A DNA stretch of 47,914 bases from a virus (taxonomy: Duplodnaviria; Caudoviricetes): the IMG/VR virus record IMGVR_UViG_3300031946_000009, positions 1-47,914 of that record; one strand, given 5' to 3'. The notes under the pieces are model-generated. The model made no database searches. It had not been told where the DNA came from and saw only the letters and a list, made by a program, of their open reading frames with translations. The position numbers and the translations under genes are program-made. Shown here piece after piece: positions 27,604 through 37,300 of the stretch (the first letter of the stretch is position 1; the number at the start of each line of letters is the position of its first letter).

Positions 27604-29545
27604 CGCTCTCTCCTGCTAGTTCCGGACCCCCGGTGGGTGGCAGAGATGCCACAGTTGGATTGAAGCTTGTTCCCGCCTGCCTCCCACCAATAGGTACCAC
27701 ATTGCCCGCTTGAGCCTGCGCCGCAAGCTGCGCATCCGGGACCACCTGCATCTTGAACTGGTTGATGTTGCGAATTCCGCCCAATTGCGCCACATGGGTG
27801 AATACCTTCCCAATATCAAATTGCATCATGAGTTGAGGGAAGTTTCTCATCTGCCCCATGATGTTTTGCCAGAGCGTAGCCATCGCCATCCGGTCGATAG
27901 GCAATGTTCCATCCACAGGAACAAAATCAAAATCGCCAGCAAGCATTGTAGGATCAACCTGCATAAACTGGGGACCAGCCATTTGGGCGAGATCTCCGAC
28001 GATTTTGAACTTTTTGTCCCCGTCGTAGAACTGTTGCGAATTGAGCACCATCCTTGTAGCCAACGTGGAGATCCCCATCGCACTGATGTACTCCGTGATA
28101 GTTTTCAATCGATTGACTCCGAACCCGGTTGAGGTTCGAACTTCAGTTGCAGTTGTTCGAGACTTTGAGATGCCTCCGAACATCTGCTCATTAATTCCGG
28201 TGATCCGCTCTCCGATAGTCTGCATAGCTTCGAGATCAGACATATGAGCGCGCGTAACATCTGTGACCGGGACCTGATAGAAGAACTTCGTAATATCCGT
28301 TCCATAAGCCTCGGGTCGGAGACGGTATATGAAGCCAGGTCCACCATCTTCGGTGTCATCGATAACAATTTTACTTGGGTCAATGACGAACTGATTATTA
28401 AGGCTGGCTCGGACGTTGTAGAAGTGGGAGTTGATAAGCCAGTCCATCGTTCGTTGAATAGGATCAATAATTTCAGGAATTCCTCGACCGTATAGTCCGT
28501 ATCCTTCGATTTCCGTCTCGATGATCGAAAAAGGGAATTTTCCATGCGCGTTCCCCAGGGGTTCGGCTCCCAACAACACACCGTAGTCGGAGCTAATTGT
28601 GAATACCCATTTCTCCGGGTAGTTGGAGTCTCCTATCTTCCATTCACTTTGGATCAGATCGACATATACTTCGAAAATATCAATAGAAGTAGGATGCTTA
28701 AGATCATCATTAGCAGCTCCAAGGGTCTGCTGATACACCCGATCCGGTCTGAGAAGGGCGGATGATCCCTCTTGTATCTGCGCTGTGTGTGGCGGGCGTG
28801 CCGGGAGACGTGCAATTGCGTCCTTAGTGTACCATCCTTGATACTGGCGCTTCTTAATCTCATTCCAGCCCAAGGTCTTCCGAACATAGCAGTATTCTCC
28901 TTCCTGGAACCGGTACAAGGGGAAGTGCGGATCATGACCGAAATCAAACGGAGCCACATTGTAGACCCTGGTCCCGGTGTACCCGGCGGAGCGGAAGGTC
29001 TGTTGGATCTTCTTACCCGAACCGGGGACCGGCTGGCCATCTGGGCCTAGAATACTCATCTGATCCACAGTGCTATACTGGACCTTCTCCTCCGCCCAAT
29101 AATCCCCGAGGATACCACACCCATACTTACCGGCGTCGTAGAGCCAGATATAATATGGCACCAGATGGTATCCCACCTCGACCTGATAGCTCACCAGGGC
29201 TTCCAGAGCGCTGACCTGCTGCTCGGTCTCCCCGTGCCGTCCGGAGAATTGATGCACAGGGGACCTGGAGAAAAAGACCGAGGTCATATAAGTGTGCGCG
29301 GTCATAAGGGTGGCATAGCTATAAGGGATCTGAAGGGTAGTATACGTGGTCGTACCCTTCAGTTCCCGTGCTGATCTTCGGATCGCATCTTCGTCTTGCT
29401 CTTTGAGGTACGCGAGTGCTTTGTCCTCGGCCAATTCCCACTGTTTGATGCGATCAGACCTCTTCTGCATCGAGTACTTGACCCGAGCCTCGAGGCGCTG
29501 CCGAAGAAAAGATTCAATCTCGCGGTCAAATGTCCGAGTGACCAT
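27551..29545 (-). CDS. Portal protein
   Basis: 664 aa after TerL; DAGKYGCGI, YGRGIPEII, ITGINEQMFG and RTTATEV motifs. Confidence 0.88.
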   Translation of the reverse strand: MVTRTFDREIESFLRQRLEARVKYSMQKRSDRIKQWELAEDKALAYLKEQDEDAIRRSARELKGTTTYTTLQIPYSYATLMTAHTYMTSVFFSRSPVHQFSGRHGETEQQVSALEALVSYQVEVGYHLVPYYIWLYDAGKYGCGILGDYWAEEKVQYSTVDQMSILGPDGQPVPGSGKKIQQTFRSAGYTGTRVYNVAPFDFGHDPHFPLYRFQEGEYCYVRKTLGWNEIKKRQYQGWYTKDAIARLPARPPHTAQIQEGSSALLRPDRVYQQTLGAANDDLKHPTSIDIFEVYVDLIQSEWKIGDSNYPEKWVFTISSDYGVLLGAEPLGNAHGKFPFSIIETEIEGYGLYGRGIPEIIDPIQRTMDWLINSHFYNVRASLNNQFVIDPSKIVIDDTEDGGPGFIYRLRPEAYGTDITKFFYQVPVTDVTRAHMSDLEAMQTIGERITGINEQMFGGISKSRTTATEVRTSTGFGVNRLKTITEYISAMGISTLATRMVLNSQQFYDGDKKFKIVGDLAQMAGPQFMQVDPTMLAGDFDFVPVDGTLPIDRMAMATLWQNIMGQMRNFPQLMMQFDIGKVFTHVAQLGGIRNINQFKMQVVPDAQLAAQAQAGNVVPIGGRQAGTSFNPTVASLPPTGGPELAGESGESGATREAGAGGRPGP

Positions 29546-29546
29546 G

Positions 29547-29786
29547 TTATTTTCCGCCGTAGCGGTCCCATTTTTTGTAATTTAACGGCCCTGCGTCGCG
29601 ATCGCCATAATTCCGCTCTTCTGCGAAGGAATCATCGCTGTCGACCAGCTTGGCTTCCGTATCCGGGGCCAGAACCGAATCGACGGTCCTTTGCTTCCGG
29701 GTATAATACGCATTGCAATCTTCATCGCTCTGCGGTTTGAGGTCTTTGTCGAAACCTCGTCTGACTTCACCAGATTCTTTTGCCAT
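29547..29786 (-). CDS. Hypothetical protein
   Basis: 79 aa between TerL and portal; TAATG coupling. Confidence 0.65.
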   Translation of the reverse strand: MAKESGEVRRGFDKDLKPQSDEDCNAYYTRKQRTVDSVLAPDTEAKLVDSDDSFAEERNYGDRDAGPLNYKKWDRYGGK

Positions 29787-31279
29787 TAGGGGGCACTCCT
29801 TCTAGTTCTCAGTGGGACGATATTGTCATCACTGGATTCCAGGTCCAAATACGAGTTTTGGAGCCCAATTACACCCATAGCGGCGAAATCCAAAATATCA
29901 TCAAACTCCACCGCCGGATACCTAGTAAATTGCTCAATGAAGCCGGTGTGTTCCTTCTTGATAAACAATCGGCCGTTGGATGCGAGGCCATGCAGAGCAT
30001 TCTGAATTCGGACCGGCTTGCTCTTGATGTCATTAAATGGCTCGATTGTAGTCCATTGACCCAACTTGGCCATCTCTTGTTCCAAGATCCATTTCAAGGT
30101 CGCCTGGTATGCTACCGATTCCACAACACACTTGTAGGGTCTCCACTTCCACCGCATCTCAAAGAATTTTGCAATTACCCAGCTCGGGGGCGCTGCCTGC
30201 ATCGCATCATAATCCAGAAGGTAAAAATTACCACCATAGCGCTTCATTGCTCCTATCACCTGGTAATCTTTCTTGGAGATCTGTTTCTGGTCCAGCCGCT
30301 TGGTTGGTGGAGGCGTGGGATCGATTGCCAGGACAGTTTGTCCTGCCTCGGGCGGGTCATCATAAAACCGAAGCCACTCCTCACGGAATGCGGCGGTCTC
30401 TTTGCTGATAACCCGCACCTCCTTTTCTTTCGAGAAAATACTGAGTCTATTAAGAGAGATAGCAGCTCTTTTCTCGGCCCGCCTTGCATCGGTAGGGTGG
30501 CGGGATTCCCAGCTAGATACCTGTTGATTAACATCCAAGGCAAGTGTGCCTGGGGTCCAGCAAGAATATCGGACAGAATGAAATTCCGGGTCTTTCTCTG
30601 CGATATGCACCACGTCATCGACCGCTTGCGGGGTGTTGAGCATGACCAGTTTTGCTTGGGGGAACTCGCTTGCGGCCGCGAGGGAGCCCTTAAGCGAACC
30701 CATGACAAGATCGATGATCTTTTCCCTTTGCTCCAAAGTAGCACCATTCTCATCCGTAAGGATGTCATCGAGCACGATGAGATCAGGTCGGTAGTCATCG
30801 AAATTGATTCCGCGGATATTCCCCGTAATCCCCGCACCAAGAATCCAGATGGGGGTAAGATCGACGCCATGAAAGATCTCAAGCTCTGTATCCGTCCACT
30901 TGGCCCCCGGACGTAGACCGAAGGTTTGAGCGAAATATTCCGGTTTAAGTTGGCCGCTCTGACCCATTTTAGATTCAATCCGTGCGCGTAGCCACCGAAT
31001 GCTTCGCGCCGCGTGGGCCTCGCTCGCTCCCACATATAGAATTGTTTTGCTAAGGTTGAAGGCGACCCTTTTACCAGTAAACATTCTAAGAAGAGTTGTC
31101 TTGGCGCTGTCGCGGAAACAGATAAGATTGATATACCTCTTAGAATTGTCATCGAGATGTTTCCATATGTCGGTGTGGAATGGAGCGGGAGTCTGCCTAC
31201 ACGCCTTCGGGAAAAAGGTGGTGCAGAACAGATTGTTATCGACAGCGCAGAGCTGGACAAGTTGATTAACGTCAACCAT
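29786..31279 (-). CDS. terL: Terminase large subunit
   Basis: Walker A-like FRDSAKTT, Walker B LIVLDDI, RNase H-like LAIDP and FDDILD. Confidence 0.92.
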   Translation of the reverse strand: MVDVNQLVQLCAVDNNLFCTTFFPKACRQTPAPFHTDIWKHLDDNSKRYINLICFRDSAKTTLLRMFTGKRVAFNLSKTILYVGASEAHAARSIRWLRARIESKMGQSGQLKPEYFAQTFGLRPGAKWTDTELEIFHGVDLTPIWILGAGITGNIRGINFDDYRPDLIVLDDILTDENGATLEQREKIIDLVMGSLKGSLAAASEFPQAKLVMLNTPQAVDDVVHIAEKDPEFHSVRYSCWTPGTLALDVNQQVSSWESRHPTDARRAEKRAAISLNRLSIFSKEKEVRVISKETAAFREEWLRFYDDPPEAGQTVLAIDPTPPPTKRLDQKQISKKDYQVIGAMKRYGGNFYLLDYDAMQAAPPSWVIAKFFEMRWKWRPYKCVVESVAYQATLKWILEQEMAKLGQWTTIEPFNDIKSKPVRIQNALHGLASNGRLFIKKEHTGFIEQFTRYPAVEFDDILDFAAMGVIGLQNSYLDLESSDDNIVPLRTRRSAP

Positions 31280-32133
31280 TAACCTACTCCCATCATGGGA
31301 AGGGTGCCTCCCCTGTTAGTCGGCGGCGCCACCGCAACGATTGGAAGAGAGGCAGTAACCAGCGGGGGCATACCAGCCAGACCGCGAGGCATACCAGCTC
31401 GGGCTAACCGAGTAACCTCCGGGCTAGCTCCAGCAAGAGGGGCAGACCCAGGCAGCGCTGCGGGTTTAATTTCAATTCCAGCCATCGCGCACGGATCGGA
31501 CGCCGCGAGGGTCCATGTCATGGTCGTGCTGCCAGTGGACGGGAGCGCGTACATGCCGCCTCCGGATCGCACCGGGCTGCCGTTGAAGTTGTTGGAGGTG
31601 TACCAGGTAGCTCCGCTCACACTGGAAAGAGTAGTCAGCTGAATAACGCAGGTAGCGTAGAGCAAACTGGTATTACCTGGGCTCGCACCTGAATTGTAGG
31701 TGGCGCCCATATTGAAATTCGGGGTCGAGCTAGTAAGAGCATTAGTGCCGAAATTGAGCCAGGTGGTCGAGCCGCCGGTTTGATCTGCCCCAGTTACATG
31801 GTTAGCGCACCCGTTCGGGATACAGGTGTTGGTCCAAGCAACATGCAAGGTCAGGTTACCTGGAGTAGGATTGACCAGACCAAAAAGGATAGCATAATCT
31901 ACTCCGGAAACAATCGGCGCGGACCCAATAAAGTCCATTGCTTGATTGGTCCCGCCAAAATCCCAGGTCGCAGAAACACCGCTCGCAGCCACGCCGCCGG
32001 AGGCATATAGTGACAAACCAAAAATTATCGCCGGATTAGTCGTGCCAGAGGGCACGGTCAGCCCGGTATAACTCATTGATGTGCCGGCAATTCCGGTCTG
32101 CTGCGTACCTGGGGTGCTGGTAGCAACGCTCAA
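31279..32133 (-). CDS. Putative virion surface protein, beta-rich and Ser/Thr/Gly-rich
   Basis: Likely TTG start overlapping the upstream TGA, with GGGAGG 7 nt upstream; ends GGTLPMMGVG. Confidence 0.65.
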   Translation of the reverse strand: MSVATSTPGTQQTGIAGTSMSYTGLTVPSGTTNPAIIFGLSLYASGGVAASGVSATWDFGGTNQAMDFIGSAPIVSGVDYAILFGLVNPTPGNLTLHVAWTNTCIPNGCANHVTGADQTGGSTTWLNFGTNALTSSTPNFNMGATYNSGASPGNTSLLYATCVIQLTTLSSVSGATWYTSNNFNGSPVRSGGGMYALPSTGSTTMTWTLAASDPCAMAGIEIKPAALPGSAPLAGASPEVTRLARAGMPRGLAGMPPLVTASLPIVAVAPPTNRGGTLPMMGVG

Positions 32134-32684
32134 TTCAGGGCCTCCCAAGTCATTTCATGAACAATCAGGGACTCAGCGGTTGATCCGGACCGCGCCAGTT
32201 GCGGACTGAGCACATTGTTTGCTGTTAGGTCCACTGTGGTAGCCGCCGCGGCTGACGCCGGGAGCATAACAGGCTGGAGGGTGGAGGCAATCAGCGCCAC
32301 GTTGGCATTGAACATTCCATGAGCGATCAGAGCCCCAGTGGCCCCCAGCGTCCGGCAGCGGACTATCAGGTCCCATTCCCAAGAGATATTAGTTTGGCTC
32401 GCACTCAGCGTGGTAGCATTCATGGACACAATTGCGGTGCCGTTGGCATCGGCTCCGGTCCCCCAATACAAGGAACCTGATAGGTTTCCAGGCGTGGTGC
32501 CGGTGGACATTTGGCCCCAAATTCTGATCCGAACCGCTTTTCCAATGAAGCCGAAATAATTGCTCCCCAGCACTGGAAGATTGGCTACCGGAACGACCGC
32601 TTTGTTCGTGGTCGCCATTGTTACTGAGGCAGCATCTGCCGCCATATGCGGGGCGCGAAGATCTACCCAAAACGGTCCGTCCAT
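32130..32684 (-). CDS. Tandem paralog 4 of 4 (about 180-aa beta-sandwich-like protein)
   Basis: MDGPFW...GTTPGNL...SPQLARSGSTAE...EALN. Confidence 0.8.
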   Translation of the reverse strand: MDGPFWVDLRAPHMAADAASVTMATTNKAVVPVANLPVLGSNYFGFIGKAVRIRIWGQMSTGTTPGNLSGSLYWGTGADANGTAIVSMNATTLSASQTNISWEWDLIVRCRTLGATGALIAHGMFNANVALIASTLQPVMLPASAAAATTVDLTANNVLSPQLARSGSTAESLIVHEMTWEALN

Positions 32685-32693
32685 ACTTGCCTC

Positions 32694-33236
32694 CTAGTTC
32701 AACTGTTGCCAATACATGTCCCACGGAGTGATGGTTTCTGCCGTGGTCCCTGACCTGTTCACCTGCGGGGAGATAAAATTGCTGTTTGCGCGGGAAAGAT
32801 CACAAACGACCCCGGTGATGGTGCCACTGAAGGGAAACATCCACAACCCGGTCTGGCCCAAGAACAAGGTCCCATAAATTACCAGTTGGCCATTAACTCC
32901 TATTGCGCGCGCCCGGATGTAGAGGTCTATAGACCAGCAAACATTGGTGAGACTTGCGACCCAAGTGAACGCATTACTTCCAAGCTGTGTCCCGTTGCTA
33001 GCGGTATTGTTTCCCCAATACACAAACAGGTTAAAGTTGCCCGGAGTTGCCCCGGTGGTGCTAACTCCCCACGCCTTGTAGTAAATGGTTTTGCCAACAT
33101 AGTCGAAAAACCCAGGTCTGTTGGGTTGGAGCCAAGAATTAGGGAACAACGGCTGGTTGCTAGAGGTCATAGTAACTTGCGGCGCGGTTGACGCCTGAAA
33201 TGGGGGCATTCCCTCGTTATACCACGGGCCGTCCAT
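32694..33236 (-). CDS. Tandem paralog 3 of 4
   Basis: MDGPWY...GATPGNF...SPQVNRSGTTAE...QQLN. Confidence 0.8.
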   Translation of the reverse strand: MDGPWYNEGMPPFQASTAPQVTMTSSNQPLFPNSWLQPNRPGFFDYVGKTIYYKAWGVSTTGATPGNFNLFVYWGNNTASNGTQLGSNAFTWVASLTNVCWSIDLYIRARAIGVNGQLVIYGTLFLGQTGLWMFPFSGTITGVVCDLSRANSNFISPQVNRSGTTAETITPWDMYWQQLN

Positions 33237-33787
33237 CAGTTCATTGCCCTTGTGAAGATGTCATGGTGAGTTAGAACTTCTGCTGTGCTTCCAGATCTAT
33301 AATACTGGGGGGCAATATAGCCTCCCACTGATGTATCGAACGATACCGCGGACAAGCCTCCGGTAGCGGGAATGGGAATCAGGCCTGTGCCTCCGAGCCA
33401 GACCACACCATAACTGAACAAGGTACCTATGGTCCCCGGCCCGTTGGCTGTTCGGCATCGAATCCAGAAATCGCACGAACATTGCACAGTGGATTGGTTC
33501 GCGGTCCAGGTAATACCTGCGGAACACAATCCGGTCCCGGTGTTACTGACGTTGTTGCCAAAAATAAGATTAACAAAAAATGCTGTCGGAGTCGCGAAGC
33601 TGCTGGTCTGGAATATATGCTTGATATAGACCAGCTTACCTGCCCAAAAGTAATTTGGCGGGAATAAAGGAATATCTGACGTCGGAACATACGCCACAAG
33701 CGCGGTGGTCATAGCGGTCGAGCTACCGCTCCGATCTCGGAATGGCGGCTTGCTGTCGCAGTAGAAGTTGCTCCTTGGGTAATCCAT
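33236..33787 (-). CDS. Tandem paralog 2 of 4
   Basis: MDYP...NYFWAGK...APQYYRSGSTAE...RAMN. Confidence 0.8.
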   Translation of the reverse strand: MDYPRSNFYCDSKPPFRDRSGSSTAMTTALVAYVPTSDIPLFPPNYFWAGKLVYIKHIFQTSSFATPTAFFVNLIFGNNVSNTGTGLCSAGITWTANQSTVQCSCDFWIRCRTANGPGTIGTLFSYGVVWLGGTGLIPIPATGGLSAVSFDTSVGGYIAPQYYRSGSTAEVLTHHDIFTRAMN

Positions 33788-34320
33788 TAGTTTATGCTCT
33801 CGAAGAAGATATCGTGCATCTGTACGGTCTCAGCTGTGCTCCCAGACCGGAACAACTGTGGGCTCATATATGCGGTCGCAGTTAGATCGACAGGTGTGAA
33901 TACCGAAGGATTGGAGAAAAAAGACTGAATAATCCCGAAGCCCTGCATGAACATAAATCCTTGGCAGGATAAGGTCCCACTAGCTCCCGGTACACGACAC
34001 CTGCACCAATAATCGAACATAAATGTTGTATTTACCTGGCTCGCGGGCCACGCGACAACAATGGAGACAATATTGCTTCCCACATTGTTGGCGTTGGAGC
34101 CATAGAGGATTGAGAGCGCAAAATTCCCCGGTGTGGCTCCTGAGGTAGTCTGCCCGACCCCTCGGAAATGCAGCAACTTTCCAGCATAGTTGAAATAATT
34201 GGCCAGATTGGGAAGTTGGCTCGTAGCATACAAAGCCTGCGCTGTTCCGGTCAGGGTTATTAGGCTCTGACTCGTAGTATTGAACGGTTCTAACAGGTTT
34301 GATACCCAGGGGCCTTCCAT
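33787..34320 (-). CDS. Tandem paralog 1 of 4
   Basis: MEGPWV...GATPGNF...SPQLFRSGSTAE...ESIN. Confidence 0.8.
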   Translation of the reverse strand: MEGPWVSNLLEPFNTTSQSLITLTGTAQALYATSQLPNLANYFNYAGKLLHFRGVGQTTSGATPGNFALSILYGSNANNVGSNIVSIVVAWPASQVNTTFMFDYWCRCRVPGASGTLSCQGFMFMQGFGIIQSFFSNPSVFTPVDLTATAYMSPQLFRSGSTAETVQMHDIFFESIN

Positions 34321-37300
34321 TACTGTGTTATCACTCCTAAGAAGGTGACTTCTACACTACTCACCGCGGTACGGGGCTGCGCGGTCCAATTGGTGTTTGT
34401 ACCTGTAGCCATAATCGCAGCGTCTATGGGCATTGTGAAGCCCCTAGTATCGCCCGCGGGTATTGCGAGGGTGGCCTGGATATTACCGCCGGTGCTATCT
34501 CGGAAATCCACAATGGTAGCGGTGGCGGAGCTATTGGTGCAGATGATTCCATAACAATCCAACCACTTGCCAGCGCCCGGAGCAGCAGAGATCGCCGTCT
34601 CGGTTGTGGTGGTAATGTTGGTTTTTTGTCTTTGCTTCTGGGTTCGAAGCGCACCAATCACGACCATGCGACCAGTTTGGTCACTTAAGGCACCTACGGT
34701 CTGTCCGACCGTAGTGGTGGCTGGAAGGGTACTTACAGCGGTGTAGTTCTGGCTCGGACCGACCGCGGAGGTGCCCTGAATGTTGTTGATCGAGTTCAAT
34801 GTGTATTGGAATGAAGCGGTACCAGTTCCAGCAATCACAGTCGATAGGCGAACTCTGACCTGACTGACCCCGGAAGTAAGAACGCAGAACGGCTGAGTGA
34901 GGTTTGCTGTTAAGGTAAAAGGATTGTTGAGTAGGGCACCCGTGCTCGGATCAATAATCCGTTCCCAAGGGATCGTCTTCCAAGTAGCTGCACTATCGAA
35001 GCTTTCCTCAAACGTAATTGCGCCGCCGGTAATGGTCGTGGTAGTAGTGATCTGTCCGACTATGCTATTGTACGCGGGCTGAAGCGTGGTAATGATACCT
35101 TGGGTACTGTTGAGAGCGGTGGCATTATTCCAGGTGCCGGTGCCAGTGTAGCTTCCACCGACCGGCTGCGAAACTGTTCGAAGATTGCCGCTGTTGTCTG
35201 TTGAGAGCGGATTAGTTGTGGCGTTGGTGTAGCTCGGAGCCGAACCCGAGGTGGCGGTCATTGCCAGCGTGCCGGTTTGGCCAGAGGTGGTTGAGTTCTG
35301 CCCGGCGTTGGTGGGTTGGAGGGCTGAGGTAGACGCGCCGCTGGGTAGTGGGAGGCTTGCAGCCGAGATCGGTTGGGTAGCTTGCCAGAAGGTACCAGTC
35401 ACCGCAACGCTACCAGATACCGAGGTGGTAACGGTATTAGTCACGAATGCATTCACACCCTGCACACTTACCGCACCTGGGGAGGTACCATAATTCGATG
35501 GAGAACCCAGAGCCACACTGTTAAGTTGGGTCTCGTTCATCGCCACCGTGGCGGCGATACTTACAGGCTGAGTTGCTTGCCAGAAGGTCCCACTGACAGG
35601 CTGAGTTACCAAGCTCCCATCAACCCGCAGGCTGCCAGTGCTGTTGAGCTGGAGAACACCGGCGGAGCCGGTGGTAATGCTACCTGGGGAGGTATTAAAT
35701 TGGCCACCAATAATTAGCATATTGGCAGACATCGCAGCGTTGTTGGAGGCCACCGTGTCCAAGGTGGAGCCACCATTACCTACGATCCGGGCGGTCCAAT
35801 TACCTGACTGGGTCGCGGCGACGGTACCTGTGACTGTAGCATTCAAGTTTGCCGCGGTGGCTTGTTGCACGGTAACCGAGGCAGCAATACTTACCGGCTG
35901 GGTGGTTTGCCAGAAGGTACCGCTCACCGGCTGGGTGACCGCGCTCCCGTCAACCACCAGACCACCGGAGGCATTCACCTTCAGGTTAGTCATTGCGGTA
36001 CCGGCGGAGTTCATCACACCGATCGCGGTGCCGGTCGCTGGGAACGCAGAACCAAAACTGGAGCTAGTCCCGCCACCACCAGAGCCCGCTGTTACATTTA
36101 CCCGCAGAGCACCAGTCGTATCGAGGGACAGCGGCGCAGTCTGTGCGGTAACATATGTCGGGCTTCCCGTCGTCACCGCCCCCATTCCAAGTGTCCCAGT
36201 CTGACCCGACGTTGTTGACCCTTGGGATGCATTCGAGGGCTGATTGGCTGAAGTCGCCGCACCAGTGGGTAGCGAGATGGTTCCAGAGATATTGGTAATA
36301 TTCCAAGTGCCTGACTGGGTGGCTGGGAATGTACCCCCAGTGCCCGTCACAAGCCACGCGGTCGTGTTGGCTGTGTTTCCTGGTTGGACCGTCCATGTTC
36401 CACCTTGATTTGCTGTGATGGTACCAGAGACTGGCTGCGTAACACCGCTCCCATCGACCCGGAGGAGGCCGGTCGTGGTAAGCGAGAGCGGGTCGGTTTG
36501 GCCTGTGGTGTACGAGGGCGCGCTCGTGGTAACGGCACCCATTGCGAGGTGGCCGCTTTGTCCGGCGGTGGTACTTCCAACGGTGGCTGCGGTACACTGA
36601 TTAACTGCGGTGGCTGCTCCGGTTGGAAGGGAAACGGTACCAGATATGTTAGTAATGTTCCAAGTACCAGACTGAGCAGCATTAACTGTGCCCGAGACGG
36701 GCTGCGTAGATCCAGAGCCATCAACTCTCAGTGCTCCCGCCGTTGTAAGGGATAAGGCGTTGGTCTGTAGGTTGGTGTAAGTCGGCGCCGCAGTAGTAAC
36801 AGCCCCAAGGCTCAGAGTGCCAGTCTGCCCCGAGGTCGTCGATCCTAATGAGGCGTTTGTTGGCTGATTCGCAGACGTAGCAGCGCCTGTTGGCAAAGAG
36901 ACTGTACCAGATATGTTTGTTATGTTCCATGTGCCACCCTGATTTGCTGTTACGGTCCCGGAGACGGTAGCATTCAGATTTGCGGCAGTACCTTGGGTAA
37001 CTGTAACTGTTCCGGAGACCGGCTGAGTGGTGGTGCCGGTGGGATCGATACGGAGAGGTTGGCCGCTAACACCGATGTCGACCGCGCCCCCGGATGCTGG
37101 AGTTTTGAGCAGGACACCGAGATCATATTGGGTACCCGCTCCGGTGTCGCCATCGAACACACGGGCCAACTGCATGTTGGTTCCATCGGAGAAACCGGCC
37201 GCGGTACCTGTACCTGGGATCGCAGCTCCGAAGCTGGAGCTTGTTCCTCCGCTGGCGCCGCCAGCAGCCACGTTTACCTTGAGGTTGCCGCTGGCATCCA

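Noticed and set aside
32130-34320. Diversity-generating retroelement or invertible shufflon
   Set aside because: No reverse transcriptase or recombinase, no near-identical template/variable repeat pair and no inverted crossover sites were seen.
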